Assembly: GCA_963769025.1 (NCBI GenBank)
Contig: CAVYKI010000003.1
Span: 608,001-672,000, forward strand
Source: an uncultured Verrucomicrobiae bacterium
GTDB taxonomy: Bacteria > Verrucomicrobiota > Verrucomicrobiia > Chthoniobacterales > Chthoniobacteraceae
Direction: 5' to 3'
Length of the DNA: 64,000 nucleotides
The notes under the pieces were generated by a model. That model had not been told where the DNA came from. It made no database searches and worked only from the letters and a program-made list of their open reading frames with translations. The translations under genes were made by a program, and so were the position numbers. Below are positions 1 through 9,875 of this stretch, piece after piece. Each line of letters starts with the position of its first letter. Position 1 is the first letter of the stretch.

Positions 1-3000
1 GCCGCGGGAGGAAGCGGCCGCGGCGGCGGTCCGACTGCCTGGTCTCCCAGAGGCTCAAGGATTTTGCCGGGCACGGTGCCGGCGGACAGGCCGTCCCACG
101 GCGAAAGCCAGATGCGCGAAATGCGGTTTGGCCTGCCGGTGCCCGCGCCGGTGGACATCGGCGTGAGGGTGAAGCCGCCCACCTCGAGCGCCTCGGCGGC
201 TTCATCTTCCTTGAAGGGAATCTTTCCGATTTCGCTGCCGGCCATGAAGACGCGGAACGTTTTCGCGGGGCGATCCAGCACCACCGTGACGCGGATGTTG
301 CCGCCTGCGGCGTCGATTTTTTCCTCCACCTGGAAGCGTTTGCCCGCGCCGGCGAAACGGTTCAGCCGCACGGAGCCGGGATTGAAATACACATTCACGC
401 GCCCGCCGACGGAATAGACGGTGAAAGTGCGCTCGTCCTTGGAATTGAAGAGCTGGATGTTGAATGCCGGGGAGCGGCCGGTGTTGGCGATTTCGAAGTC
501 CAGCGCGTACGCGCCATCGTACGCGGGCCATTTGTGCGCGAGCATCGACTGGCTGCCGCGGGACGTGCCGGTGAGCGTGTAGCCGCCGTCGTGGTAACTC
601 CATGGCGGCTCGCCTTTCGACAGGACGTCCAATTGCTTCCGCGGGATGCCCGTGCGTCCGGGACTCGGGCCTTCATTCCAAAGCTCCGATCCGGTGGCCC
701 CGTCGGCGAGGCTGGCAGTGACTTCGGCGCCGAGGTAAAGGCTGCGCACGGCGGCGAGCGGGATGGCAAGTGCCGCGGCGAGGCCGGTCTTAAAAACGAG
801 CCGGTCGCCCGCGAGCGACACGACGTCGCCCGGCAACCAGTCGCCATTGCCGAGACGCACCGCGCCGGAGCCCGTGAGCGCCGCGCTTTCCGGCGATTCC
901 GCGGGCGGGGCAAAGTAAACGCCGGCGACGCGGGCGCGCGGGAACTCGATCGGCACCTTCGATGCGGCGATTTTCCAGCGCAGGATGTCCCCGCCGATCG
1001 GCGTGAGCACCTTGCCCTTCATCTGCGTTCCGTCGGTGAGCGTGAGGACATCCAGGCCCTTCGCGGAAGACTCGGGCTGGCCGGGCCGCGGCGGATACTC
1101 CAGCTCGCGCAACGCCGAGAGCGGCAGCGTGAGCTGCGAGCCGAAGCGCGTGGTGACCGTCATCGACCGGCCGTCACCGCTGAGCTTCGTGGCGGAAAAT
1201 TCGCTCCCGTTTTTCAACCGCAGCAACGCGACGGGCGCAGGAAGGTCCTTCGGCGCGGCGGCAGGCGCAAAGCGCACGTAGAGCGTCTTGTCCCGCGGCG
1301 CGGTGCCGCCCTCGTTGGCGAAGACGATCTCCCGGCCGGTGATGCGTTCGATCGATCCATTCATCGCGGCGGCGTTGCCTGCGAGCACCTGATCAGCCGC
1401 GGGCGCGGCGGGCTCCGCTCCCTTCTCGGGTTCCTTGCCGTCCCATGGCAGGATGCGCAGGCGCCCGAGTTCCATCGTCGCGCCGGACGTGAAAACATTC
1501 GGCGAGAACGTGAAATATCCGCCGGCCTTGCCCGCATCCGCCGGGCTCATCTTGGAAAGCTTCCACTCGGCGCGCTTGACGCCGTTGGCGTAAATCAGCG
1601 CCCGGCCAGCGACCCGATCCACCAGCAGCCGGTAGCGGATCGTCTCCGGTTTTTCACCCGCAAGCAGGCGCACGCCGCCCTGGAGCTGGGAGTTGTATTG
1701 GTTGTATCGCCGTCCGTCGTAGTGATTCCCGGTGATCTGCTGGGGACTGAACTGGACCATGAGCGCGCCGACCGAGGACTGGCTCACGCCGGTCGAAAAT
1801 AGCGTGATGCCGAAATGCTGGAGCTGCGGCGCAAAGGTAACATCGAAGGACAAATCGATCGGGTCGGGCATCTGCTCGAAATTGCGGCCGATCGGCCCAT
1901 TCGTGAGGCAGCGCAGCAATCCGTCCTTGAATTCCCAAACCCCCGAGCCGTTCCGCCCCGTGGACCAGCCCGAGAGGCCCATCGGCCCGTCGTACATCTG
2001 CGGAGCCTGGCTGTCGGAAAGCGTCGCGCACTGCGCCTGCTCCCTCGGGATTTCCAGACGCTGCCCGCCGGGCAAAGTGAGCGCGATTTTGCCATCCGCC
2101 ATGGTCAGCGCATCACCGCCAAACCAACTGCCATCGCGCAGCTGCAGGTGGACTTTCGTGACGCCGGGCGCGGCTTTCTCGCGCTCCGCAAAAATCAGGC
2201 TCCGGATTTCATTCTCCAGCAGTTCCACGTCCGGGACTCCTTCGCGTTTCAGGATGAGGCCCTTCGCCGGATCGAGGCCCTGGATTTGCCCGGTGAAACG
2301 GTTCCCGTCACGAAGCAACACGGCGTCCTTCTCGCTCTGTGCGCTGCCGCCGCCCGCACTCGTCGAACTGCGCGTCGCGGTGTTGGTGGTGGCCCGGAAA
2401 ACCACGGCTCCCGGCACGGCCTCCGGCGCATTTGCGGCGGCAAACTGGATCACCGGCGGCGCTTCCGGCGCGGCGCCCAGCTTTGCCTTGAGCTCGACGT
2501 CTTTTCCATCGCGCCGGACGGTGAGCTTCACCACCTGCTCCGGCCTCACTGCGCGGATCATTTCCCGCAATTGCGCCGAGTCCTTCGCGGCCTTGCCCTC
2601 GAAAGTCAGCACGCGATCCCCTTCCTTCACGCCCGCCTTCGCGGCGGGGGAATCTTCCAGGACGCTGAGGATTCCCACGCCGGCGGCTGTCGCTTTTGCA
2701 TCCGCATCGTCGGCCGGCGCGGCCACAGTCGTGTCGAGCGTCACGCCGAGATAACCCGGCTTCGCGGCGCCTGCCGCGAGCGGGTTCGGGACCAAAATGG
2801 ACGGGATGCCGGGGAAAAAGATCACCGGCGGCAGAGCGGCATTTGGCCTCGCTCCCGCCGCCTGTGCGACTGCGACACCCGCCTGGATCTGCGCACCACC
2901 GACCTGAAGCTGAAATTGCGCGCCGCCATTGAACTGGATCTGTCCGCCACCCTGGATCTGGATTTCCACCTTCGCCGCAGGCGGCGGCTGCACCGCCGGT

Positions 3001-3086
3001 GCGGGTGCAACCTCCGCTGCGAGTCCGGACGTGGCGAGTGACGCCAGCATGAGGAGGGCGTGGATGCGGGAATGTCTGGGTTTCAT
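1..3086 (-). CDS. Large secreted PDZ-domain protein, runs off the left edge (partial)
   Basis: Manual translation from ATG 3086: MKPRHSRIHALLMLASLATSGLAAE signal peptide; PDZ motif GYLGV...SVLEDSPAAKAGVKEGDRVLTFEG; repeated LRDGNRFTG / LRDGSWFGG / LGNGDWLPG beta modules. Absent from the ORF track, consistent with no stop inside the window. Confidence 0.7.
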   Translation of the reverse strand, partial: MKPRHSRIHALLMLASLATSGLAAEVAPAPAVQPPPAAKVEIQIQGGGQIQFNGGAQFQLQVGGAQIQAGVAVAQAAGARPNAALPPVIFFPGIPSILVPNPLAAGAAKPGYLGVTLDTTVAAPADDADAKATAAGVGILSVLEDSPAAKAGVKEGDRVLTFEGKAAKDSAQLREMIRAVRPEQVVKLTVRRDGKDVELKAKLGAAPEAPPVIQFAAANAPEAVPGAVVFRATTNTATRSSTSAGGGSAQSEKDAVLLRDGNRFTGQIQGLDPAKGLILKREGVPDVELLENEIRSLIFAEREKAAPGVTKVHLQLRDGSWFGGDALTMADGKIALTLPGGQRLEIPREQAQCATLSDSQAPQMYDGPMGLSGWSTGRNGSGVWEFKDGLLRCLTNGPIGRNFEQMPDPIDLSFDVTFAPQLQHFGITLFSTGVSQSSVGALMVQFSPQQITGNHYDGRRYNQYNSQLQGGVRLLAGEKPETIRYRLLVDRVAGRALIYANGVKRAEWKLSKMSPADAGKAGGYFTFSPNVFTSGATMELGRLRILPWDGKEPEKGAEPAAPAADQVLAGNAAAMNGSIERITGREIVFANEGGTAPRDKTLYVRFAPAAAPKDLPAPVALLRLKNGSEFSATKLSGDGRSMTVTTRFGSQLTLPLSALRELEYPPRPGQPESSAKGLDVLTLTDGTQMKGKVLTPIGGDILRWKIAASKVPIEFPRARVAGVYFAPPAESPESAALTGSGAVRLGNGDWLPGDVVSLAGDRLVFKTGLAAALAIPLAAVRSLYLGAEVTASLADGATGSELWNEGPSPGRTGIPRKQLDVLSKGEPPWSYHDGGYTLTGTSRGSQSMLAHKWPAYDGAYALDFEIANTGRSPAFNIQLFNSKDERTFTVYSVGGRVNVYFNPGSVRLNRFAGAGKRFQVEEKIDAAGGNIRVTVVLDRPAKTFRVFMAGSEIGKIPFKEDEAAEALEVGGFTLTPMSTGAGTGRPNRISRIWLSPWDGLSAGTVPGKILEPLGDQAVGPPPRPLPPA

Positions 3087-3176
3087 GGGGGCGATGCCGG
3101 GGATTGATGACCGGACAACAGGGGGCGGCGATCAGATTGCATGTTCACTTTGAATCCCGCACTTTGAAACCACGAA

Positions 3177-3563
3177 ATGAAGACCGACCTGATCCACCTC
3201 GCCGTGAACGGCACGCTCATGCGCGGACTCGAACTGAATGGAAATCTGCTCGCTGTCGGCGCGGAATTCGTCCGCGAAGACGCGACCGTGCCTGCCTATC
3301 GTCTGTTCTCGATCAACGACCGCCATCCAGGGATGTATCGCGTCCGCGAGGGCGGCGTCGCGGTCGCGGTGGAAGTGTGGGCCGTCCCGCCAGCCGGACT
3401 TGCCTCGGTGCTCCTGGCCGAGCCGCCGGGCCTCACGATTGGAAAGGTGCGGCTCGCGAGCGGCGCGGAGACGCTCGGTGTCCTCGCGGAGCCGATCCTC
3501 TGCGAAGGCCAGCGCGAGATCACTTCGCACGGCGGCTGGCGCGCCTACTGCGCCGCAAAATAA
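3177..3563 (+). CDS. Stand-alone allophanate hydrolase C-terminal-like / gamma-glutamylcyclotransferase-fold protein
   Basis: LAVNGTLMRGLELN...YRLF...PG...VEVW...EPPGLTIGKVRLASG...ITSHGGWRAY resembles the AtzF C-terminal domain. Confidence 0.8.
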   Translation: MKTDLIHLAVNGTLMRGLELNGNLLAVGAEFVREDATVPAYRLFSINDRHPGMYRVREGGVAVAVEVWAVPPAGLASVLLAEPPGLTIGKVRLASGAETLGVLAEPILCEGQREITSHGGWRAYCAAK

Positions 3564-3575
3564 CCGCGCAGTTCC

Positions 3576-4397
3576 TCAGCCGCCCCCGGTGACGCGGCGG
3601 ATGGACGGCATCTCCATCCCGGCGGCCGCGTAAAGAATCTGCCGCGCACGTGACAGCCGATCACGGAGCGCCACGCTGTCGGCGGCGACGATCTTCACGA
3701 TCCATCCGCCCGCTGGCAGCGAACTGCAGCCGACCCACGCGACGTCCGAATCATGAAGCGATCGCAGCGCATCCACCGGCGGCGAAAGCTCCGGAGCCAC
3801 GCACACGACGCTCGCGTAATACGCGGACTGGAATCGCGCGCGCAGGGCGCCCAGCGCACTTTCGCCAGGCACGAGCCGGAACCGCTCGCGAAGGACGTGC
3901 GTCGCGCCGACGGAAATATCGGTCGCAAATTGCAGCTCTTCATACGCGAAGACTTCGCCCGATGCCGTCCGCCCCGGCGCGATGCTCTCGCACCAGAGCA
4001 ACGTCGCACCTTCCGCCAAGCAAATGCGCGTGCGCTGCCGGTAGCGCGTGCGCCGTTGCGGGATGAGGTACTCCGGGAAGCAGTCGAGGCACCCGCCGCT
4101 CGCGACGGTGAATTCCTGCACGAGTTCCGCATGCCCGCCGGTCATCGCGTGCAGTCGGCTCGCACTCGGCGCGGTGAGCAGCAGCCGGGCGCCCGGCTCC
4201 ACATCCACATTCACATTCACACGGTCGCCGGAGAGAAACCCCGGCGACGGACTCGCGAGATTCACGACCAGCCAGCCCGCGTCGTGGTGCGGCTTGCTGA
4301 TGTGGAACGGCGCGGAAAACGACTGCCGCCTAAGCACGGTGCGGCCCGCGTCGTCCGGACACACGAGGAGTTCGAGATGGCCGTGCAGGCCGCTCAC
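3576..4397 (-). CDS. ureD: Urease accessory protein UreD
   Basis: [33 protein letters not shown] motifs; GTG start overlaps the ureG stop. Confidence 0.9.
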   Translation of the reverse strand: MSGLHGHLELLVCPDDAGRTVLRRQSFSAPFHISKPHHDAGWLVVNLASPSPGFLSGDRVNVNVDVEPGARLLLTAPSASRLHAMTGGHAELVQEFTVASGGCLDCFPEYLIPQRRTRYRQRTRICLAEGATLLWCESIAPGRTASGEVFAYEELQFATDISVGATHVLRERFRLVPGESALGALRARFQSAYYASVVCVAPELSPPVDALRSLHDSDVAWVGCSSLPAGGWIVKIVAADSVALRDRLSRARQILYAAAGMEMPSIRRVTGGG

Positions 4398-5005
4398 GGG
4401 GTGAAGAGAACCTCGCGGCGCAGCCAGGCGAGCAGTTCGTCCTTCCCCTTCCCCGAACGCAGATCGGCGAAGATGAACGGCCGCTCGCCGCGCTGGATTT
4501 TCGCGTCGCGTGCCATGACGCCGAGGTCGGCGCCGACATACGGTGCGAGTTCGATCTTGTTGATGAGCAGCAGATCGCTGTGGCGGATCGCGGGGCCGCC
4601 TTTGCGTGGGATTTTGTCCCCTTCGGCGACGTCGATGACGTAGATGAACGCATCCACCAGTTCCGGTGAAAACGTCGCGGAGAGATTGTCGCCGCCGCTT
4701 TCCACGAGGATGAGCCGCGCATCCGGGTGGCGGCGCTCGAGTTCCTCGATGGCGGCGACATTCATCGAGGTGTCGTCGCGGATCGCCGTGTGCGGGCAGC
4801 CGCCCGTCTCGACGCCGAGGATGCGATCCGCCGCGAGCGCCTCGCTGCGCGTGAGAAACTCGGCGTCCTCGCGCGTGTAGATGTCGTTCGTCACGACGGC
4901 CATGGAGAATTCGTCGCGCAGCCACTGGCAGAGCCGCAGGACGCACATTGTTTTGCCGGAGCCCACAGGGCCGCCGATTCCGATTCGCACAGGTCGTTTG
5001 TTCAT
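4394..5005 (-). CDS. ureG: Urease accessory GTPase UreG
   Basis: [34 protein letters not shown]. Confidence 0.97.
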   Translation of the reverse strand: MNKRPVRIGIGGPVGSGKTMCVLRLCQWLRDEFSMAVVTNDIYTREDAEFLTRSEALAADRILGVETGGCPHTAIRDDTSMNVAAIEELERRHPDARLILVESGGDNLSATFSPELVDAFIYVIDVAEGDKIPRKGGPAIRHSDLLLINKIELAPYVGADLGVMARDAKIQRGERPFIFADLRSGKGKDELLAWLRREVLFTP

Positions 5006-5691
5006 GAGATGAAAAGCCGCTCGTCCGCAAACTCGTGGCGCATCGAGGCGATTTCGAGCAGCGGGTCGAAGGTTCCCGCTCCATCGCGTGTCACCGCGAG
5101 CGATGCGGCGATGGTCGCCTCCGCCCGCGCGAGCGCACCGCGGAGGACGCGCTGGCAGCCGTCCTGGCCGATGCGGATCAATTTCAAGGACGCGCTGCAC
5201 ACGCCGGCGACACTTTGGTAAAACCACGCCCCGAGCGCCGCGGAGATCGGGAATCCCTCGCCCGCCGCCTGCACCGCGCAGACCATGAGGTGATGCCCGT
5301 GCGCCTCGCCACGCGCGACCGCCGCGGCTAACTCCGCGTAGCGCGGCAGTTCATTCACCGCGCGCAACGCCGCAAGCCGCCGACGTCCGATGGTCACGCT
5401 CGCCTCGCGGGCTTCCTTCGCGAGCTTCCACGCGGATATCTCGCGATCCACGGCGCACAGGCCCGGCAGATCATCGGCGGATTCGTGAGCGAAGCGGAGA
5501 TACGGCAACTCCAGCGCGGCGAGCGCAGGGAGCAGGTGTTCCGCCACAAACAGGCGCAGCCCATTCTCGTCACGCACGCCCGCGAGCCGCGCGTATTCCT
5601 CAAAGCCCAGCGAGTGCGCATATGCCCCCGTGGGGAAGAGCGCGTCGCTCGTCTGGAGAAGCGCCGGCAGCCACGCGAAATCAGGATTCAT
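5002..5691 (-). CDS. ureF: Urease accessory protein UreF
   Basis: [17 protein letters not shown]-terminal [11 protein letters not shown]. Confidence 0.95.
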   Translation of the reverse strand: MNPDFAWLPALLQTSDALFPTGAYAHSLGFEEYARLAGVRDENGLRLFVAEHLLPALAALELPYLRFAHESADDLPGLCAVDREISAWKLAKEAREASVTIGRRRLAALRAVNELPRYAELAAAVARGEAHGHHLMVCAVQAAGEGFPISAALGAWFYQSVAGVCSASLKLIRIGQDGCQRVLRGALARAEATIAASLAVTRDGAGTFDPLLEIASMRHEFADERLFIS

Positions 5692-6109
5692 GGCCGTGAG
5701 TTTTCGCGAATGGGACAAACACCCGCTCGCAGGCGATGAACGGAATTTTCTCCCGCTCGAAAAGCTGCCGCAGCGCCGGATCATCCGGCACGCGGATGCA
5801 GTCGTCGGTGACCTGGATGGGGAAGTGCAGGTTTCCAATCGTCCACCCGAGCCGCGCGACAGGCGCCGCCTTCGCGATGAGCGCGACTTCCAGCACAGGC
5901 TCCGCCGTTTGCTCGATGCAATAAACGGCCGTCGGCGCGGCAAAAAACACCGCGCCATCCCCGAGCGGCCCGCTGAGGTCGAAACCAAACTCCTCGCCGT
6001 CCTCGGCAACTCCGCGCCAGCGGCGCTTCGCGAGCATCTGTCGCTCGGCGCGCAAAGCGATGCGAGGAAGCGACGGAACCTCGGCGAGCGCGGCGTGGAT
6101 GAGCGTCAT
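5681..6109 (-). CDS. ureE: Urease accessory protein UreE
   Basis: [22 protein letters not shown], His-containing tail; operon position. Confidence 0.88.
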   Translation of the reverse strand: MTLIHAALAEVPSLPRIALRAERQMLAKRRWRGVAEDGEEFGFDLSGPLGDGAVFFAAPTAVYCIEQTAEPVLEVALIAKAAPVARLGWTIGNLHFPIQVTDDCIRVPDDPALRQLFEREKIPFIACERVFVPFAKTHGHES

Positions 6110-6113
6110 GCGC

Positions 6114-7926
6114 TCAGAACAGGAAATACCGCTGCGCCATCGGGAGCACGCTCGCGGGCTCGCAGGTGAGCACGCGGCCGTCGGCGCGAACGGTGTAGGT
6201 CTCGGGATCGACCTCGATGTGCGGCGTGGCGTCGTTCCAGACGAGGTGCTTCTTCGTCACGTTGCGCGTTCCCTTCACGGCGACGAGGCGCTTGCCGAGC
6301 TTCAGCGAATCGAGTGCGCCGCTTTCCAATCCGGCACCGCTGACGAACGTGACACTGGTCGAAAATTTCGCGCGGCCGTGCGCCGCAAATTGCGGGCGGT
6401 AGAACATCGGCTGCGGCGTGGGGATGCTCGCGTTCGGGTCGCCCATGTTCGCCATCGCGATGAGGCCGCCTTTCAAAATCACCTCGGGCTTTACGCCGAA
6501 GAACGCGGGCTTCCACACGACGAGGTCGGCGAGTTTGCCGGGCTCGATGCTGCCGACTTCGTGCGCGATGCCGTGGGCGATGGCGGGATTGATCGTCGTC
6601 TTCGCGATGTAGCGCAGCGCGCGAAAGTTGTCGGCGGGGAAGTGGAACCGCCAAGGCGCCAAGACGCCAAGATGGGAAGATGTGGTGCCAACGACACTGC
6701 TGCCTTTCTCTTCCTTGGCGTCTTGGCGTCTTGGCGGTTCCAAAGTGCCAAACTGCACCTTCATCTTGTGCGCCGTCTGCCAGGTGCGCGTGATGACTTC
6801 GCCGATGCGGCCCATCGCCTGCGAATCGCTCGACATGATCGAGATCGCGCCGAGGTCGTGCAGCATGTCCTCGGCGGCGATGGTCTCGGGGCGGATGCGG
6901 CTCTCGGCGAACGCGACGTCCTCGGGGATCTTCGAGTCGAGGTGATGGCACACCATGAGCATGTCGAGATGCTCGGCGATGGTGTTCACGGTGAACGGCC
7001 GCGTCGGGTTTGTGGACGACGGCAGCACGTTCAGCTCGCCGCAGACGCGGATGATGTCCGGCGCGTGGCCCGCCGCCTGCGCCTTCGCTGTGGAAGGTGT
7101 GGATCGTGCGGCCCTTGAACGCGGCGAGCGTGGCTTCGAGGAAGCCGGCTTCGTTCAGCGTGTCGGTGTGGATGGCGACCTGCACGTCGAGTTCGTCCGC
7201 GACGCCGAGGCAGCAATCGATCGCCGCGGGCGTGGTGCCCCAGTCCTCGTGCAGCTTCAGGCCGATGACTCCCGCGCGCACCTGCTCGCGCAGCGGCTCG
7301 GGCGTGGAGCAGTTGCCTTTGCCGAGGAAGCCGATGTTCATCGGGTATTCGTCTGCGGCTTCGAGCATGCGGCGGATGTTCCAGATGCCGGGCGTGCAAG
7401 TCGTGGCATACGTGCCGTGCGCAGGGCCGGTGCCGCCGCCGATCATCGTGGTCACGCCGCTCGCGAGCGCGTGCTCGATTTGCTGCGGGCAGATGAAGTG
7501 GATGTGCGTGTCGATCGAGCCCGCCGTGACGATGCAGCCCTCGCCCGCGATGACCTCCGTCGCCGCTCCGATGATCATCGTGATCCCCTGCTGGATGCCG
7601 GGATTCCCCGCATGCCCGATGCCGACGATGCGCCCGCCCTTGATGCCGATGTCGGCTTTGATGATGCCCTGCACCGCGTCGAGAATCAGCGCATTCGTGA
7701 TGACGAGGTCGAGGCACTCCGCGTCGAGCGCCGTGGACGACTGGCCCATTCCGTCGCGGATGACTTTGCCGCCGCCAAATTTCACCTCATTCCCGTACCC
7801 GCCGCTCTCCGCGATGAGGTCGCGCTCGACCTCGATGAAAAGCTCCGTGTCCGCCAGTCGCACACGATCGCCTACCGTCGGCCCGAACATGTCTGCATAC
7901 TGGCGGCGGGTGAGCGTGAGTGGCAT
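6114..7926 (-). CDS. ureC: Urease alpha subunit; one frameshift near 7070 (probable sequencing indel) and an in-frame repeat-element insertion at 6643-6742
   Basis: [68 protein letters not shown] across two frames. Confidence 0.97.
6643..6742. repeat. Palindromic element copy 1 (29-bp arms, 42-bp spacer) inside ureC
   Basis: tggaaccgccaaggcgccaagacgccaag ... cttggcgtcttggcgtcttggcggttcca, one mismatch between arms. Confidence 0.95.
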
Positions 7927-7937
7927 GGCTATTTGGG

Positions 7938-8028
7938 TGAACCGCCAAGGCGCCAAGACGCCAGGAGATGCAGGCGACAGAAATTGTTTCCTCCTCCAGA
8001 CCTTGGCGTCTTTGCGTCTTGGCGGTCA
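7938..8028. repeat. Palindromic element copy 2, between ureC start and GxxExxY stop
   Basis: tgaaccgccaaggcgccaagacgccagg ... ccttggcgtctttgcgtcttggcggtca. Confidence 0.93.
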
Positions 8029-8035
8029 CTCATAT

Positions 8036-8455
8036 TCAGTTCGAGCAGATGACGCGTTTGATGCCGTCTTTGATGAGTGGGACATTAAAGTTAATGAGCA
8101 ATCCGAGGCACCGGCTGCTCAGTTTGAGGTAAGTCAGCATCTGTGCCTTGTGGACGGGGAGCAGGTTTTCGACGGCTTTCAGTTCTACGATGAGCTTGCC
8201 CTCGACCAAAATATCGAGGCGGAGACCTGCCTCGATTTTTACGCCATCGTAAAGCACCGGCAGAGCGACTTGCCGATCCACTTTCAAACCGCGCTTGATG
8301 AGTTCGTGCGCAAGGCAAACTTCATACACGCCTTCGAGCAAACCCGGCCCGAGTTCCGTGTGAACCTTGAACGCTGCATTCACCACGGCTTTTGCCAGCA
8401 CGTCCAACTCCTCTTCGGGCTCCTCCCTTGGCGTCTTGGCGTCTTGGCGGTTCAT
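8036..8455 (-). CDS. GxxExxY family PD-(D/E)xK nuclease-like protein
   Basis: VHTELGPGLLEGVYE (GxxExxY), RLDILVEGKLIVELKA, AQMLTYLK, GLLINF; visibly more AT-rich than neighbours; ATG overlaps the ureB TGA. Confidence 0.95.
   Translation of the reverse strand: MNRQDAKTPREEPEEELDVLAKAVVNAAFKVHTELGPGLLEGVYEVCLAHELIKRGLKVDRQVALPVLYDGVKIEAGLRLDILVEGKLIVELKAVENLLPVHKAQMLTYLKLSSRCLGLLINFNVPLIKDGIKRVICSN
8427..8454. repeat. Single repeat arm (copy 3) encoding the GxxExxY N-terminus
   Basis: cttggcgtcttggcgtcttggcggttca; minus strand reads [10 protein letters not shown]. Confidence 0.93.
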
Positions 8456-8766
8456 CAAAGTTTCCCGTTCACCTTCGCGTTGAGGCCAAAGACTTCGCGC
8501 GCACCGCTGAGCGCGACGAGTTCCACGTCACGCGTGTCGCCCGGCTCGAAGCGGACGGCGGTGCCGGCCGGAATGTTGAGGCGGAATCCGCGCGCGGCTG
8601 CGCGGTCGAAGGCGAGCGATTCATTCACCTCGTAGAAATGGAAGTGGCTGCCGATCTGGACTGGCCGGTCGCCGGTGTTGGCGACTCGCACGACTTTGGT
8701 CGCGAGCGTGAGATTCGCCGGGAGTCCCGCGGGATCGTCGGCGACGATGATTTCTCCGGGGATCAT
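8455..8766 (-). CDS. ureB: Urease beta subunit
   Basis: [39 protein letters not shown]. Confidence 0.97.
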   Translation of the reverse strand: MIPGEIIVADDPAGLPANLTLATKVVRVANTGDRPVQIGSHFHFYEVNESLAFDRAAARGFRLNIPAGTAVRFEPGDTRDVELVALSGAREVFGLNAKVNGKL

Positions 8767-8777
8767 CGCTGACAGGT

Positions 8778-8872
8778 TGAACCGCCAAGACGCCAAGGCG
8801 CCAAGATGGCAAAAATGCCAAAAGGCGTGCCGTTGCCCGAAAATCTTGGCGTCTTGGCGTCTTGGCGGTGAA
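8778..8872. repeat. Palindromic element copy 4, between ureA and ureB
   Basis: tgaaccgccaagacgccaaggcgccaagat ... atcttggcgtcttggcgtcttggcggtgaa. Confidence 0.95.
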
Positions 8873-8881
8873 AAATCATGT

Positions 8882-9184
8882 TTAGCGGATCGGATTGTGA
8901 ACCGTGACGAGTTTTGTGCCATCGGGGAACGTGGCCTCCACCTGCACCTCGTGGATCATTTCCGGGATGCCTTCCATCACGTCGGCGCGTGTGAGGATGG
9001 TCGTGCCGTGACTCATCAAGTCCACCACGGAGCGGCCATCGCGGGCGCCTTCCATGATCTCGTAGGAGATGATGGCGATGCTCTCGGGGTAGTTCAGCTT
9101 GAGGCCGCGTTTCTGGCGGCGGCGCGCGAGGTCGGCCGCGACGACGATGAGGAGCTTCTCGGTATCGCGCGGCGCAAGGTGCAT
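8882..9184 (-). CDS. ureA: Urease gamma subunit
   Basis: [36 protein letters not shown]. Confidence 0.97.
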   Translation of the reverse strand: MHLAPRDTEKLLIVVAADLARRRQKRGLKLNYPESIAIISYEIMEGARDGRSVVDLMSHGTTILTRADVMEGIPEMIHEVQVEATFPDGTKLVTVHNPIR

Positions 9185-9188
9185 CGAG

Positions 9189-9770
9189 TTAGAGGACGCC
9201 GAGCCCGATCAGGACCGCGACGGAAAGGATCGCGGCACCTGCTGCGCGGATGACGCGCTGCTGCGCAATGCGCTGAAGTGCGAGACCGCCGCTCACACCG
9301 AGGACGTGCAGAAGCGCGGTCGCGAGGTGGAAGCCCATCACCGTCTGAAACCCGGCGGCGTTTGCGGGAATCTCGCTGCCGTGTGCCTGGCCGTGAAACA
9401 GCGCGGCGACCGCGACCGCAGCGGCGCTCGCTCCGAGCGGAAGGCGCGCGGCGAAGGCAACCACTGCGCCCAGCCCGATGACGCTCGCGAGAATCGCCGG
9501 CTCCACGAACGGCAACCGGAGCCCGTTCATTCCCATCGCAGCTCCCGCGGCCATCGCGCCGACGAACGACAGCGGCAGCAGCCACAGCGCGCGCTTTCCG
9601 AGCTGCACCGCCCAGAGGCCGACGGCGACCATCGCCAGGATGTGGTCGAGCCCGGTGAAAGGATGCGCGAGGCCCCAGCCGATTCCGCCGACCTCCGCGC
9701 CATGCCCAGGATGGGCGTGGGCGAGCGTGGGGACGAGTGCAAGGGCAAGGGCGAGGCGGGCGTGTTTCAT
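9189..9770 (-). CDS. ureJ: HupE/UreJ nickel transporter
   Basis: [32 protein letters not shown]. Confidence 0.92.
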   Translation of the reverse strand: MKHARLALALALVPTLAHAHPGHGAEVGGIGWGLAHPFTGLDHILAMVAVGLWAVQLGKRALWLLPLSFVGAMAAGAAMGMNGLRLPFVEPAILASVIGLGAVVAFAARLPLGASAAAVAVAALFHGQAHGSEIPANAAGFQTVMGFHLATALLHVLGVSGGLALQRIAQQRVIRAAGAAILSVAVLIGLGVL

Positions 9771-9875
9771 GCGGGCAGGTTTAAGCGAATTCGCGTGGAA
9801 ATGTGAACCACGAACACGTGCGACCGCAAAGATGCCGCGTGGCATGAAACGGCGCGGAGCAGAAGATCGGCGAGA

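Noticed and set aside
6640..6747. AAGTG as a target-site duplication of element copy 1
   Set aside because: Removing it would delete 103 bp and break the ureC frame, and the other copies show no equivalent duplication.
7060..7085. Programmed frameshift or true split of ureC
   Set aside because: One extra base in a G/C run within the conserved GAGGGHAPD motif, matching the window-wide indel noise.
6643..8872. CRISPR array
   Set aside because: Repeats are inverted pairs scattered among genes, not a direct repeat-spacer array; no cas genes in the window.
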